NCBI GenBank assembly: GCA_041661645.1
Contig: JBAZUA010000001.1
Span: forward strand, 125,074 to 189,073
Length of the DNA stretch: 64,000 bases
Source of the DNA: Minisyncoccota bacterium
GTDB taxonomy: Bacteria > Patescibacteriota > Minisyncoccia > Phycocordibacterales > UBA6065
Direction of reading: 5' to 3'
In this document: one piece after another, positions 36,301-43,897 of the stretch
Position numbering within the stretch: position 1 is the stretch's first letter
Layout: each line of letters starts with the position of its first letter
Program-made: the position numbers and the translations under genes
The notes under the pieces: generated by a model
What the model was told of the DNA's origin: nothing
Seen by the model: the letters and a program-made list of their open reading frames with translations, nothing else
The model's database searches: none

Positions 36301-39152
36301 ACGACGTACACAAAGGCAAAATACGCCACAGGCAGCACCTGTGTCATGATCATGACGCGATAAAACTCCCGAATCATTCCCCTGAACTTGAATCCGACGT
36401 CTGACGACGTCTGCCACTCAAGAAGATGCCTTCGCGTCATCACGAGGCGGACGAGCGTTATGCCTATGGCCGATATCGATATAAAGGCATGATGGACGAC
36501 AAAAACCGCCCTGAGCACAATGTGCGCAACAGCAACCCACGCCTGATTGAGGAAGTCTTTGGAGCGGACAGGCAGGGAGATCCTCTTAACGGAAAGGGTG
36601 TCGCTCATAAGCGATACCAGAGACGGCGCCGCAAGGACAAGGAGCACATACAGCGCCGCGAGGACGCTGGCTTTCGGGAACGGTATGGCAAGGACGAGAA
36701 TGGCAAGCCCCATAACCGGAACAAGGCTACGTCTCAAATTGTCGAATATCTTGAACCTGTCGACGAACGAGAGCGGGCGAGGGGCGACATCGGGCGACAA
36801 AGGCTTCCGTGTCCCAAAAAGCCAGCCCACTATCTGCCAATCACCGCGTATCCATCGATGAAGACGAACCGCAAACTCATGATAGAAGCGGGGGAAGCCG
36901 TCAAAAAATACGATGCTCGATGCATACCCGGTCCTGGCATAGATGCCCTCGAGCAAGTCATGGGAAAGGACGAGATTGTCAGGTATCTGACTCTTCATGG
37001 TGCTCTCAACTGCGTCGATATCATAGATTCCCTTGCCAAAAAACAGGGCGCTGCCGAAGAAATCCTGATATACGTCCGATACGGCAATCGAATATGAATC
37101 TATGCCCGATCCACCCGAGTATAATCGAGAGTACGAGGACGTGTCGGCAACGGCGAGACGAACGCCCACTCGCGGCTGTATGATGCCATAACCCCGGATA
37201 ACCGAATTCCCCTCTCTCGATATAACAGGCCTGTTGATCGGGTGATGGATGCAGCCAATGAGCCTGCGAGCGGCGTCCTTCGGCATCTCGGTGTCCTCGT
37301 CGAGGGTGATGACATAACGCACCCGTGACACGGAAGACAGAATCTCCCCGTTGACATAGCTCGTCCCTGAAACGCCCCTCAAGAGCATGTTGAACTCGCG
37401 CAACTTTCCCCTCTTCCTCTCCCAGCCCATGAATACCCCCTCGGACTCGTTCCACAATCTCTTTCGATAGAGGGCATAGAACCTCTTCTCCCTGCCCCCA
37501 TAACGGGCATTGAGATCATCCATGCCAGCGAGAGCCTCCCGTATGAGAACATCATCCCCAGGGAGAGTCTCGGATGATGCGTCCATGAAGTCAAAGAGCA
37601 GCGCATAAAGGATGTTGTCCTGATCGTTGCCGAGAAACCTGATCTCGAGCTTTCGCACGGTCTCCCTGATTGACTCAATGCTCCTTATCATAGTCGGTAT
37701 GACGACGAAGGTCCTCTGAGACTCAGACACGCCCCTGGATATATCAAGCTCGGGTAACCTGCTCACAGGCATGAACTTCACGACAAGAGCGTTGACCAGG
37801 GCGAGGGATACCTCGATATTAAAAAGGGTCGCGATGACGGAAAAGATGCTAAGGGCAATTACCCCTGGAAACATTCCCCAGAAGACATACAAGGTGCACG
37901 CCACGCAGAGGACGTCGAGAACGGCGACGAGACCGAAGTAAAAACGCGACGAATGCCTCTTTATCACGGCCACGACCCGATCATGGGTCGTATATTTATA
38001 CCCAATCCTATGCCTCAACTCATGGACGCCGTCATCGACGAGATAGAAGCCCACGTGCGCCTCTGCCGGTGACACGTCAACCTTCGCGACAGATGACTTT
38101 CGGCTCTTGACATCAGATTGTTGGGCAAGGCGAACGGCGGCACGGGCAATCTCCGCCTCATGAATCCCCGCGACTTCGGCCATATGGACAATCGCACGCC
38201 TGTAAAGCGCCTTGCTCTCTGTCTCCATGAAGGCATAGGCGCCGGCAGGATCCTTGGACAAAATAGTGTCGACGATGTTTACGTCCTCTGCGACCTGTTC
38301 CCAGCGAGTCTGGTTTATCCAATGAAACGACTCGATGACATGGGAGGCGAGAGTGGAGTTCGTGGCTCTCTCGCGACCCTCGATGTCTGCGAGATTGCGT
38401 GAATCAATTCCCTGTTTCTCGAGATTGAGCTTGAGCCATTTGAGCACGGGCCGTACCGACGATGCCTCGGGGGAGAGTCTCTGAAAGAGATAGAATCCGA
38501 GAGACAGCGGGATGATGCCATATGAGGTGGCGAGTCCCGATATGATTCGAGAGAAGTCCGGCGCCTTCCTCCCGCGAACCTCTTTCATGATGCGACTCGA
38601 TATGTGACGAGCCTTTCCATACTCATCAAGAGAGACGATGGCCTTCTCTACGAGTCGACCAAACTGTTCGACGAGAAGTATCTGGAACACAAGCGGTACG
38701 ACATAGAGCTCCCGGGTGGAAAGAGGGCTCTGCTCCTGATAGGCAATGAGGAATTCGGTGATGGTTTCCTTGTCCACGAGATATCTGGTCGCCTCCATGA
38801 GCTTCGAGAGGATGTGATAGAGCCTGGGAACGTTTGATCCATCGGCGATGGCCACGAACGGGAGCCTCCTCACGTCATCCCTTCTGACATTGTTTTGTAT
38901 CTCGAAAATCGCCGCCCCCACGACGAAAAAGCTGTCGAATATGGATTCAATCTCGTGGGTGACGTGCTTCTGACGCGAGACCTCTCGGGTCAATTTCTGA
39001 TAGCGACCGCGCGTGTATTGGGCAGACGCCTTAAAACTCAGATGATAGGTCGATGACTCTTGGGGTTTCGATACAAGAAAGGTGCTCTTACCAAGCTCCC
39101 GCCCGAGGGAGCGAACTTTCTTCAAGAGACCCTCACTCTCGATTTGCGACAT
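30375..39152 (-). CDS. ndvB: Cyclic beta-1,2-glucan synthase (NdvB/ChvB/Cgs)-like giant multidomain protein (GT84 + membrane region + C-terminal GH94)
   Basis: 2925-aa uninterrupted ORF. GT region motifs ITLDEDTEMP, WERKRGKL and HRWIRGDWQ are present. Multiple TM helices lie in the middle. The C-terminal glycoside phosphorylase (GH94) region carries FGFRDQLQD and GLPLIGRSDWNDGL. Confidence 0.85.
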   Translation of the reverse strand: MSQIESEGLLKKVRSLGRELGKSTFLVSKPQESSTYHLSFKASAQYTRGRYQKLTREVSRQKHVTHEIESIFDSFFVVGAAIFEIQNNVRRDDVRRLPFVAIADGSNVPRLYHILSKLMEATRYLVDKETITEFLIAYQEQSPLSTRELYVVPLVFQILLVEQFGRLVEKAIVSLDEYGKARHISSRIMKEVRGRKAPDFSRIISGLATSYGIIPLSLGFYLFQRLSPEASSVRPVLKWLKLNLEKQGIDSRNLADIEGRERATNSTLASHVIESFHWINQTRWEQVAEDVNIVDTILSKDPAGAYAFMETESKALYRRAIVHMAEVAGIHEAEIARAAVRLAQQSDVKSRKSSVAKVDVSPAEAHVGFYLVDDGVHELRHRIGYKYTTHDRVVAVIKRHSSRFYFGLVAVLDVLCVACTLYVFWGMFPGVIALSIFSVIATLFNIEVSLALVNALVVKFMPVSRLPELDISRGVSESQRTFVVIPTMIRSIESIRETVRKLEIRFLGNDQDNILYALLFDFMDASSETLPGDDVLIREALAGMDDLNARYGGREKRFYALYRKRLWNESEGVFMGWERKRGKLREFNMLLRGVSGTSYVNGEILSSVSRVRYVITLDEDTEMPKDAARRLIGCIHHPINRPVISREGNSVIRGYGIIQPRVGVRLAVADTSSYSRLYSGGSGIDSYSIAVSDVYQDFFGSALFFGKGIYDIDAVESTMKSQIPDNLVLSHDLLEGIYARTGYASSIVFFDGFPRFYHEFAVRLHRWIRGDWQIVGWLFGTRKPLSPDVAPRPLSFVDRFKIFDNLRRSLVPVMGLAILVLAIPFPKASVLAALYVLLVLAAPSLVSLMSDTLSVKRISLPVRSKDFLNQAWVAVAHIVLRAVFVVHHAFISISAIGITLVRLVMTRRHLLEWQTSSDVGFKFRGMIREFYRVMIMTQVLPVAYFAFVYVVGSVNLVLLACSASSMFSPCVAFLISRAKSRSRDQILDRQAVSELRATAYRTARYFIDLPRVESNWLIQDHLQLRPSVTREDCLTTSPTNLGMLFGSLFSAQELGYLTMDRFIDRSRKALESIFRLERYKGHLYNWYDIQTLEPLSPRYVSSVDSANFILALIAFRQGVLRLPSVPLLRPSSVDGFWDAVRVLSEEVDALARRGVDGRPAKSLLRDLMMGIERIRGISRSSSELLSLSDFYRFFTEIHPLVVDLEKTASSLRADESMRVAEQVCSLVEIIARDIEAQLSLQRYLFSYVRLHDASVDAYVSKDAHLSGAYRGLLETLNQIPSFDRLAHQLPDAVEQVGFSRLVHESSLSGPAREYVIAWYDGMLKGLRRSAVRASSFLADIDGIQRQCATLIDEPDFGFLYNKERGLFHIGHNATYDKIDSNCYNFLASESNSVSFVAVLKNQVPQKHWFYLGRKLVRTGGIISLVSWGGSLFEYLTSLIYFNTHENSLLGKTARAAISVHRRHGALSRTPWGMGESAYYLFDASKHYQYQIFGSAHLGLKRGLADYLVIAPYVSALSLSFVPRAAIKNLRRISKIGGKGQYGFFDAIDYMDSGVRLSAPVPIQIWYAHHQGFTLLGIHNAIDPNRIRNLFHSDARVASLDLLLEEKMPATPTATALSVAARLPFTASQGISEDGSESRRYVPARSAYPHLALLGNGSYSVSVSNSGGGYSKYGDVALTRYRDDQILEESGSFFYIKNMRTGALWSSNLKPLGGDSRRHKIVFHENKAEFEVSHGSISARLGITTHPDYPAEIRSLELTNEGSVEESLLVASYGEVSLALQVQETHHPLFQRLMVKSWFVEDVGALVYSRPHPADRTKKIYFAHMLTGSSSKKHRPVPCADRETFFGHLGGIKNPAFLDKNQSTQPVRPYTLDPIFSLSRSISLKPHHSVRLVFVNVAHESYDELLKILRKLKGGRGAVTELARALVTSAEKTKSLGITQEMGGAFQALASRVLGGRTYGMSSVPASDLPYVHSLWKIGVSGDYPLVVLVIKDIEDIQTVKQALLCHVYWKHKGLDIDMIILNQEPSSYIKSLDDEIDFLLRQSASARVDASGSKVYHLKSDLMEPADKAVLLHVARVVIDSKDGSFKQQAAMVGKTPRQTSYPAKLIPSLSRSQSYSLKRSDIPPSGLEFDNSWGGFDVARSEYVIRVLPQSQPPAPWSNIIASPSFGTAVDHRGSMFTWSVDSHDNRLTAWNNDPLSFKSSEIFYIRDEETGETWNPTPFPIRSPHPFVVRHGKGYTTFEHSRGDLSFSFKISVSLDSTVKMVRLVVKNRGNRGRKLSETAFLEPVLGSVREHSRDFMLFERDGETGALMFGNGYKNHLAKRVAFVDLSSGAFDVSTDKAEFIGRHGSYEAPTALKRAGLSNVLTSGSSNCIVTQTVFSVAPGEESEIVFLLGEAESRQAAREMILAHRNVTRLGASEARVSEYWKDLSDSVRIETPDKSLDVLFNDQLLHQSLSSRVWGKTGMHQPSGAFGFRDQLQDMSAFVWSRPRDVRAFILNAAAHQFRDGDALNWWHEYNGFGVRSVLSDHQLWLVYATLEYVSVTGDNGILDEEVSFLEGPQLSFAYQSEWAGTPKASEEVASLYEHCVRAISRSSVFGTHGLPLIGRSDWNDGLSKVGAQGKGESVWVAWFLGYLMDRLAVIAKKRGDVERADSYGARIVAISKSIDRYAWDGKWYRRAFLDSGTALGSKKLREFKIDSVAQSWASLSGMARMDKRDRALRSMLEKLCVSSTMRLLAPALSDSALDPGYIKDYPPGVRENGSQYNHAALWAAQALFLAGQADEGKKVLDLVNPFLRSDSAEKASRYRVEPYVLASDVYAEPSYEGRGGWTWYTGSAGVMYKTVLQFMLGFHVEGDSLSFEPALPSEWGSCVITYRYGKTVYEITYEKSAGSKSVVRSVSENGAELLEGRVSLADDGVRHIVRVVLV

Positions 39153-39160
39153 GTTTTCTA

Positions 39161-39916
39161 TTATATATCACTATTGGCACGAGAGAACCCCTCGGCATCA
39201 AGGATGCCACGAATTATAGACTCCGTCTCGGCAAGGGAGCGCGTCGCAAAGATCTTGACGCCTACGGCTTTCACGGGCGCGTCATTCCCACCCGCATCGA
39301 GGGCGTCGCCGACAAAGACGGCATCAGAGGCCTGAATGCCGAGGTGCTCAAGCAGCCTTGAGACGCCAAAGGCCTTGTCCACTCCTTTTTCCGTAAAATC
39401 GATGGACGTCGACCCACCGATGGTGACAGATAATCCCGGAAGCCTCGGCGCGATCCGCGCCACGATGGCCTTTCGCTTCTCACGCGTCGGATCCCAGGCA
39501 TATTTGATATCGAGAGGCGCATCGATGCCAAGGGCGGCATAGGTTATCTGCGTCCCGCGATCTTCGACGAAGCCACCGAGACGCACGGTCGATATTCCCG
39601 TGATACCGGCAAGCTCCTCGAATAAGACACGGCGATCAGCGTCGCCTATGGGAAATGAGTAGACCACGCGCCATGCCCCTCGCTCGAAGGCCCTCATCTC
39701 GGCACCGCTCGTCGGCAGGGCATAAAGATGACCGAACTGGGCATGAGACAGCCGAGATATGACCTGACGCGTCACGCTCTCCATCGATCCACCCGAGACA
39801 AGGGCGACGGGCATTATATCGAGAAGCCTCGAAAGAAGACTCGTCATGGACGAGGACAGTGTCGATCGACTTTCGGTAAGCGTATTGTCTATGTCGAAGA
39901 TTGCGATTTTGATCAT
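39161..39916 (-). CDS. HAD-IIB hydrolase, phosphomannomutase (PMM)-like
   Basis: FDIDNTLT (DxD nucleophile), an SGGS stretch and the SIDFTEKGVDKAFGV...GDALDAGGNDAPV block resemble eukaryotic-type PMM. Sits 8 nt upstream of the ndvB-like gene on the same strand. Confidence 0.65.
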   Translation of the reverse strand: MIKIAIFDIDNTLTESRSTLSSSMTSLLSRLLDIMPVALVSGGSMESVTRQVISRLSHAQFGHLYALPTSGAEMRAFERGAWRVVYSFPIGDADRRVLFEELAGITGISTVRLGGFVEDRGTQITYAALGIDAPLDIKYAWDPTREKRKAIVARIAPRLPGLSVTIGGSTSIDFTEKGVDKAFGVSRLLEHLGIQASDAVFVGDALDAGGNDAPVKAVGVKIFATRSLAETESIIRGILDAEGFSRANSDI

Positions 39917-39935
39917 GGTGATTGATGTCGTCTGC

Positions 39936-40253
39936 TTACAGCCCCTCGGCGAATTTTCTGATGTCCTCGGCTATGGGGAGAAGCTCGTACCCGTCGGCGG
40001 TAAGCGAATATGCCACGGGCATTTTTTTGGCGGACTCCTTCCTGCGCTTGATGAGGCCGATGCGTTCCATCTTTTTGAGGCGTGACGTGAGGGTGACGGG
40101 ATTGACGCCCACAACCGCCCGCTCAAGCTCGCAGAAACGACGCTCACCCTGACCCAGGGCCTCTATGATGGACAACGCCCAATAGTCCCCGATTGACTTG
40201 AGGACCTTGTCACATCGCTTTTCTCCCCCTGTAGTGGGTTGACTCTTTTTCAT
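39936..40253 (-). CDS. HxlR-family winged-helix transcriptional regulator
   Basis: CDKVLKSIGDYWALSIIEALGQGERRFCELERAV... matches the HxlR pattern. Divergent from the nitroreductase gene. Confidence 0.8.
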   Translation of the reverse strand: MKKSQPTTGGEKRCDKVLKSIGDYWALSIIEALGQGERRFCELERAVVGVNPVTLTSRLKKMERIGLIKRRKESAKKMPVAYSLTADGYELLPIAEDIRKFAEGL

Positions 40254-40329
40254 TAGTTACTATAATTACTGTAGTACTATACTATATTAAGTACTAATAT
40301 TACTCAAGCCCGATAACCATAGTATACAC

Positions 40330-40971
40330 ATGAAGAAAGAAGAAATCATCAGCGCCCTCAACTGGCGCTACGCAGTGAAGACCTTTGACGCCGCCAAGAA
40401 AGTGAGCGACGCAGACCTTAACACCATTCTCGAGAGCGGACGCCTCTCCCCCAGCTCCTTTGGCATAGAGCCGTGGAAGTTCATCGTCGTGACCAATCCC
40501 GAGATCCGCGCCAAGATCCGCGCGGCGAGCTGGGACCAGACCAAGGTGACCGACGCGTCGCACCTCGTCGTCGTGGCCCGCAGAACCGACGCCCCCGCCC
40601 TCTCGCCCGAGCTCATCGCCCGAACCGCAAAGGCCCAGGGCAAGACCGAAACAGACCTCGCCGAATACAAGGGCATGGTAGACAATGCACTCACCGGACG
40701 ATTGGCAAACCCCGCCGTCCTTGACGGATGGATCGCCTCACAGACGTATGTTGCCCTCGGTATCATGGCCGAGACGGCTGCCCTTCTCGACGTCGACGCC
40801 TGTCCGATGGAGGGATTTGACCCTTCGCAGATAAATGCCATCCTCGGCCTTTCCGCCAAGAATCTGTCGGCGACCACCATGCTCGCCCTCGGATATCGCG
40901 GAGCTGATGACTATGCGAAGGCGCCAAAGACCCGCCGACCGTTCGAGGAGGTCGTTGAGTTCGTTGCCTAA
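40330..40971 (+). CDS. NAD(P)H-dependent nitroreductase (NfsB-like)
   Basis: 213 aa, NfsB-like from the N-terminus through the SPSSFGIEPWKFIVV block. Confidence 0.85.
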   Translation: MKKEEIISALNWRYAVKTFDAAKKVSDADLNTILESGRLSPSSFGIEPWKFIVVTNPEIRAKIRAASWDQTKVTDASHLVVVARRTDAPALSPELIARTAKAQGKTETDLAEYKGMVDNALTGRLANPAVLDGWIASQTYVALGIMAETAALLDVDACPMEGFDPSQINAILGLSAKNLSATTMLALGYRGADDYAKAPKTRRPFEEVVEFVA

Positions 40972-40985
40972 TCAGTTCAGACAGC

Positions 40986-41016
40986 AAAAAGCCACCCTTG
41001 CGGGTGGCTTTTTGCT
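40986..41016. terminator. Bidirectional rho-independent terminator (AAAAA-gccaccc-ttgc-gggtggc-TTTTT)
   Basis: Lies between the convergent nitroreductase (plus) and csp (minus) genes. Confidence 0.75.
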
Positions 41017-41023
41017 TTACAGA

Positions 41024-41221
41024 CTACGCTCGCTGAACGTTGACTGCGTTGAGGCCCTTTGGAGACTCCTCAGTCTCGAAAGATACTGCATCACCCTCGC
41101 GGATCTCGTCGAAACGAACGCCTACGAGAGAGTTGCTGTGGAAGAAAAGATCCTTTGCGAGACCCTCACCAGTGATAAATCCGAAACCCTTGTCAGTTAC
41201 CTTCTTTACGGTTCCTACCAT
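41024..41221 (-). CDS. cspA: Cold-shock protein (CspA family)
   Basis: MVGTVKKVTDKGFGFITGEGLAKDLFFH carries RNP motifs. 65 aa. Confidence 0.9.
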   Translation of the reverse strand: MVGTVKKVTDKGFGFITGEGLAKDLFFHSNSLVGVRFDEIREGDAVSFETEESPKGLNAVNVQRA

Positions 41222-41333
41222 ATAGTTATTGTGTTATTTATTGCGACTAATTACAAAAATAGAGATAAAGCTCGACGATTTAAAACTACAACTTTTGTGG
41301 GTCAAGTATATCACCTATTGAAGCGGCTGTCAA

Positions 41334-41362
41334 TCAGTCTTGTTGACCCCCAACCTCCCTGC
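41334..41362 (+). promoter_or_regulatory. Putative promoter TTGTTG-N17-TATACT
   Basis: Read directly, about 20 nt upstream of the ATG at 41382. Confidence 0.3.
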
Positions 41363-41381
41363 TATACTTTCAACTGATACC

Positions 41382-41606
41382 ATGAGAAACATACACGGAG
41401 TGGAATTCGATGAACCCGTAATCGAGAGCGGTCGCACCGCAAAGACCCTCGACGTACAATCGCCTATGGAAAAGTGGGCGCTCGCCAATACCAAGCTGTC
41501 CCTTCGGGGCCTCAGATTCGGGCTTGCCGCGATAAGCCTGCTCCTTTTCATTGCCTCAGCGGTCTTCCTTTTCCTCACCTATTACACCTATTCACCCTCA
41601 CGATAA
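41382..41606 (+). CDS. Small membrane-anchored protein, hypothetical
   Basis: Internal start MRNIHGVEF in ORF 41340..41606. C-terminal TM helix. Confidence 0.35.
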   Translation: MRNIHGVEFDEPVIESGRTAKTLDVQSPMEKWALANTKLSLRGLRFGLAAISLLLFIASAVFLFLTYYTYSPSR

Positions 41607-41613
41607 TCAAACC

Positions 41614-42444
41614 ATGAAAAACAACATCAGGGCGTTCACCCTCGTAGAGCTCATGGTCGTGCTGTCCATAATCTCCCTGCTCTCGAGCATGGCCATGTAT
41701 TCGACGGCACAGGCGCGAGTAAAGGCGGATGATGCCAAGAAACAGGTCGAGGTACGTCAGGTGCAGGTCGCCATAACCCTGCAAAAAGACACCACAAAGA
41801 AGACTCCCCTCAACTACAGCTGCGCGGGGACATATTGCAGCAATGGCACGGGTGACAGCGTCGCCGTCGAGGGAAGCCAGGCCTACAATGCCAGCATGCA
41901 GGAGCTCGTGAACAACGGGTACCTCAGCGCGATCCCGAACAGCAAGGACGATTCCTACGTGTACTATGCCGACACCAACGCCGACCAGGCGGCATTTGGC
42001 GTGGAGCTCAAAAGCCCCAATGCCCGGATGACGAACAACTACTGCCCATCGATGCCCGTACCATACTCATCGTGCGTGAGCACGATGAGCTCGGGAACAT
42101 ACACCCCAGCCCAGGAGGGGCCCGGGGTCGTAGTTTTCAGAGACGGCCCCGAAACGGCCAGCTTCTGCAAGACATACGGCGCGACAAGCACGGCCCAGTG
42201 CCCGCAGGGCGGCAACGGGATGTTTGCGAACGCATGTGTCGGAACCCGGGTCTCCTACGCGCCAGGTCAGAGCCCCCTCGCGCAGACGGGGACAAACGAC
42301 GCAAGCGTCTACCTTGCGTTTGATTTTGTCATAAACCAATGCTCTATTCGCGCCCTCGTCCCCTATGACATAACCTGCACCCTCAACACAGGCTCTGTCC
42401 CGACCTGCTCAGGAGGGGGCTCCGACTACTGTGCCTGTATTTAA
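41614..42444 (+). CDS. Type IV pilin-like protein (prepilin N-terminus, Cys-rich C-terminal domain)
   Basis: MKNNIRAFTLVELMVVLSIISLL. The C-terminal region holds about 14 Cys. Confidence 0.7.
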   Translation: MKNNIRAFTLVELMVVLSIISLLSSMAMYSTAQARVKADDAKKQVEVRQVQVAITLQKDTTKKTPLNYSCAGTYCSNGTGDSVAVEGSQAYNASMQELVNNGYLSAIPNSKDDSYVYYADTNADQAAFGVELKSPNARMTNNYCPSMPVPYSSCVSTMSSGTYTPAQEGPGVVVFRDGPETASFCKTYGATSTAQCPQGGNGMFANACVGTRVSYAPGQSPLAQTGTNDASVYLAFDFVINQCSIRALVPYDITCTLNTGSVPTCSGGGSDYCACI

Positions 42445-42518
42445 ATAAGGCGAAACCTACTCGACACTCACCTTCACATCAGTTCGCTCTTTCTTGACCT
42501 TGAGGAAGAGCACGGCGA

Positions 42519-43001
42519 CTATCTCATCAACCCCTCAAGCACCCCGGCCGAAGTAACCTTGAGCAGAAGCACCGCCCCGCGCGACGGCGAGGTCGTCATC
42601 GGCTCACCGGGATTCCTTTCGGCATAGTTCACGTGAAGCTCCCGGGCGCTAGCGTTTATCTCGGTGGACTGCGGCGCGATCCTGTCACCCACGAGAAAAG
42701 GGTTAGTCAGATAGTAGCCCTGCGGCGCCGTCACGGATGTCGACGTCGCAATGGCGACGATCGCATAATAAAAGGTCCCGCTCCCGCCCTCATCCCGAGT
42801 CACGAGAAAGGCGCGATCATCCCTGCCGTCGCCGGTAAGGTCGCCCGAGGCCTCGTTGCCGAAGTAGCCGGCGACGGCCCTCGGGTCGAAGGCCTGGGAA
42901 GGCGCGCGGTACGGGGCAAAGGCCAGGCAGGACGCAATGGCGATGACGACAAGGCCGACTATCGAGGCCTCGAGGGCGATCGTCTTTTTGAAGTTGTTCA
43001 T
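42519..43001 (-). CDS. Hypothetical membrane-anchored/secreted protein with one FG-GAP-like DxDGDGxxD motif
   Basis: N-terminal TM helix; GDLTGDGRDD motif. Confidence 0.5.
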   Translation of the reverse strand: MNNFKKTIALEASIVGLVVIAIASCLAFAPYRAPSQAFDPRAVAGYFGNEASGDLTGDGRDDRAFLVTRDEGGSGTFYYAIVAIATSTSVTAPQGYYLTNPFLVGDRIAPQSTEINASARELHVNYAERNPGEPMTTSPSRGAVLLLKVTSAGVLEGLMR

Positions 43002-43075
43002 GGATACAGTATATAAGATATAAGAAAAACCCGCCTCTCGTAGGGCGGGTTTGTATAAGGCGGGCGAAGAAATTA

Positions 43076-43441
43076 CTATCGACGCCGGAGAATCGAATGG
43101 ATGAGGTCAGGAACATGATCCTTCTTTCTCGCCATGTGAGTGCAGCCGGCGGCAAGCATCTCCTCCCCCAGATACGGGCTGCTCGAAGCGGCAATGATGA
43201 CGCAGTCGGGGTCACCCTTCTCCTTGAGCATCCTGATAAGCGGCAGGCTATTGAAGATGTCTCCTCCGAGACAGCCATCAACGGACACGGCGTGCCACTG
43301 CTTAGACGGTATCAATTTGACTGCCTCGGCGAGGCTCATTGCGTAGGTTGCCTGGTATTGCGGGTAATCCGCCATCTCGGCCTTGAACTCCTCGACCTGC
43401 TTTAAATCATCCTCTATCAGAAGAACATTCCATGTGGGCAT
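43076..43441 (-). CDS. Stand-alone response-regulator receiver (CheY-like REC) protein
   Basis: LLIEDD acidic pocket, a phospho-acceptor-like D in VSVDGCL, and a conserved T/S-K pattern. 121 aa. Confidence 0.8.
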   Translation of the reverse strand: MPTWNVLLIEDDLKQVEEFKAEMADYPQYQATYAMSLAEAVKLIPSKQWHAVSVDGCLGGDIFNSLPLIRMLKEKGDPDCVIIAASSSPYLGEEMLAAGCTHMARKKDHVPDLIHSILRRR

Positions 43442-43478
43442 ATATGGAAATACTACCCGAAATGCCCCTTAAAGCAAC

Positions 43479-43509
43479 AAAAAACCACCCGCAGGGGTGG
43501 CTTTGTTCT
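43479..43509 (-). terminator. Rho-independent terminator (ccaccc-gcag-gggtgg; A6 on plus strand = U-tract on minus)
   Basis: Downstream of gene 43517..43747. Confidence 0.7.
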
Positions 43510-43516
43510 GGGTGAC

Positions 43517-43747
43517 CTATGCCGACTGCGGCTCCATCTCCCTTAGCGCGAAGTTCAGGGCGCCCTTGCTTTCGACATAATATGCAAACAGCTCGCCGTC
43601 GTTGCATGCTGGGCGTCCGTGCCTGAGCCAGAAATAATAGCGATTGTCGTCACTCAGGGATTCCTGTTTCTGGAGCAGGGCCCTTTTCCAAAAACGCCGA
43701 CACAGGTCAAGATTGCAGGGTCTGTTGACTATGGGGCATGTTTCCAT
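43517..43747 (-). CDS. Small Cys-containing hypothetical protein (76 aa)
   Basis: CPIVNRPCNLDLC ... CNDGE; its own terminator is present. Confidence 0.4.
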   Translation of the reverse strand: METCPIVNRPCNLDLCRRFWKRALLQKQESLSDDNRYYFWLRHGRPACNDGELFAYYVESKGALNFALREMEPQSA

Positions 43748-43897
43748 GGTGGTTTAGGCTGACGGGGTTCTGCACGTAATTGTGTGCCCGCCGGCGAAAA
43801 TGTAAAGGCCCGTGGGTGCGTAAGTTTTTCCGGCCATCAGGAAGTTTGACACTCTGCTATAAAACTGTAGTGTGGTCAATAGATACTCTTTGTCACC

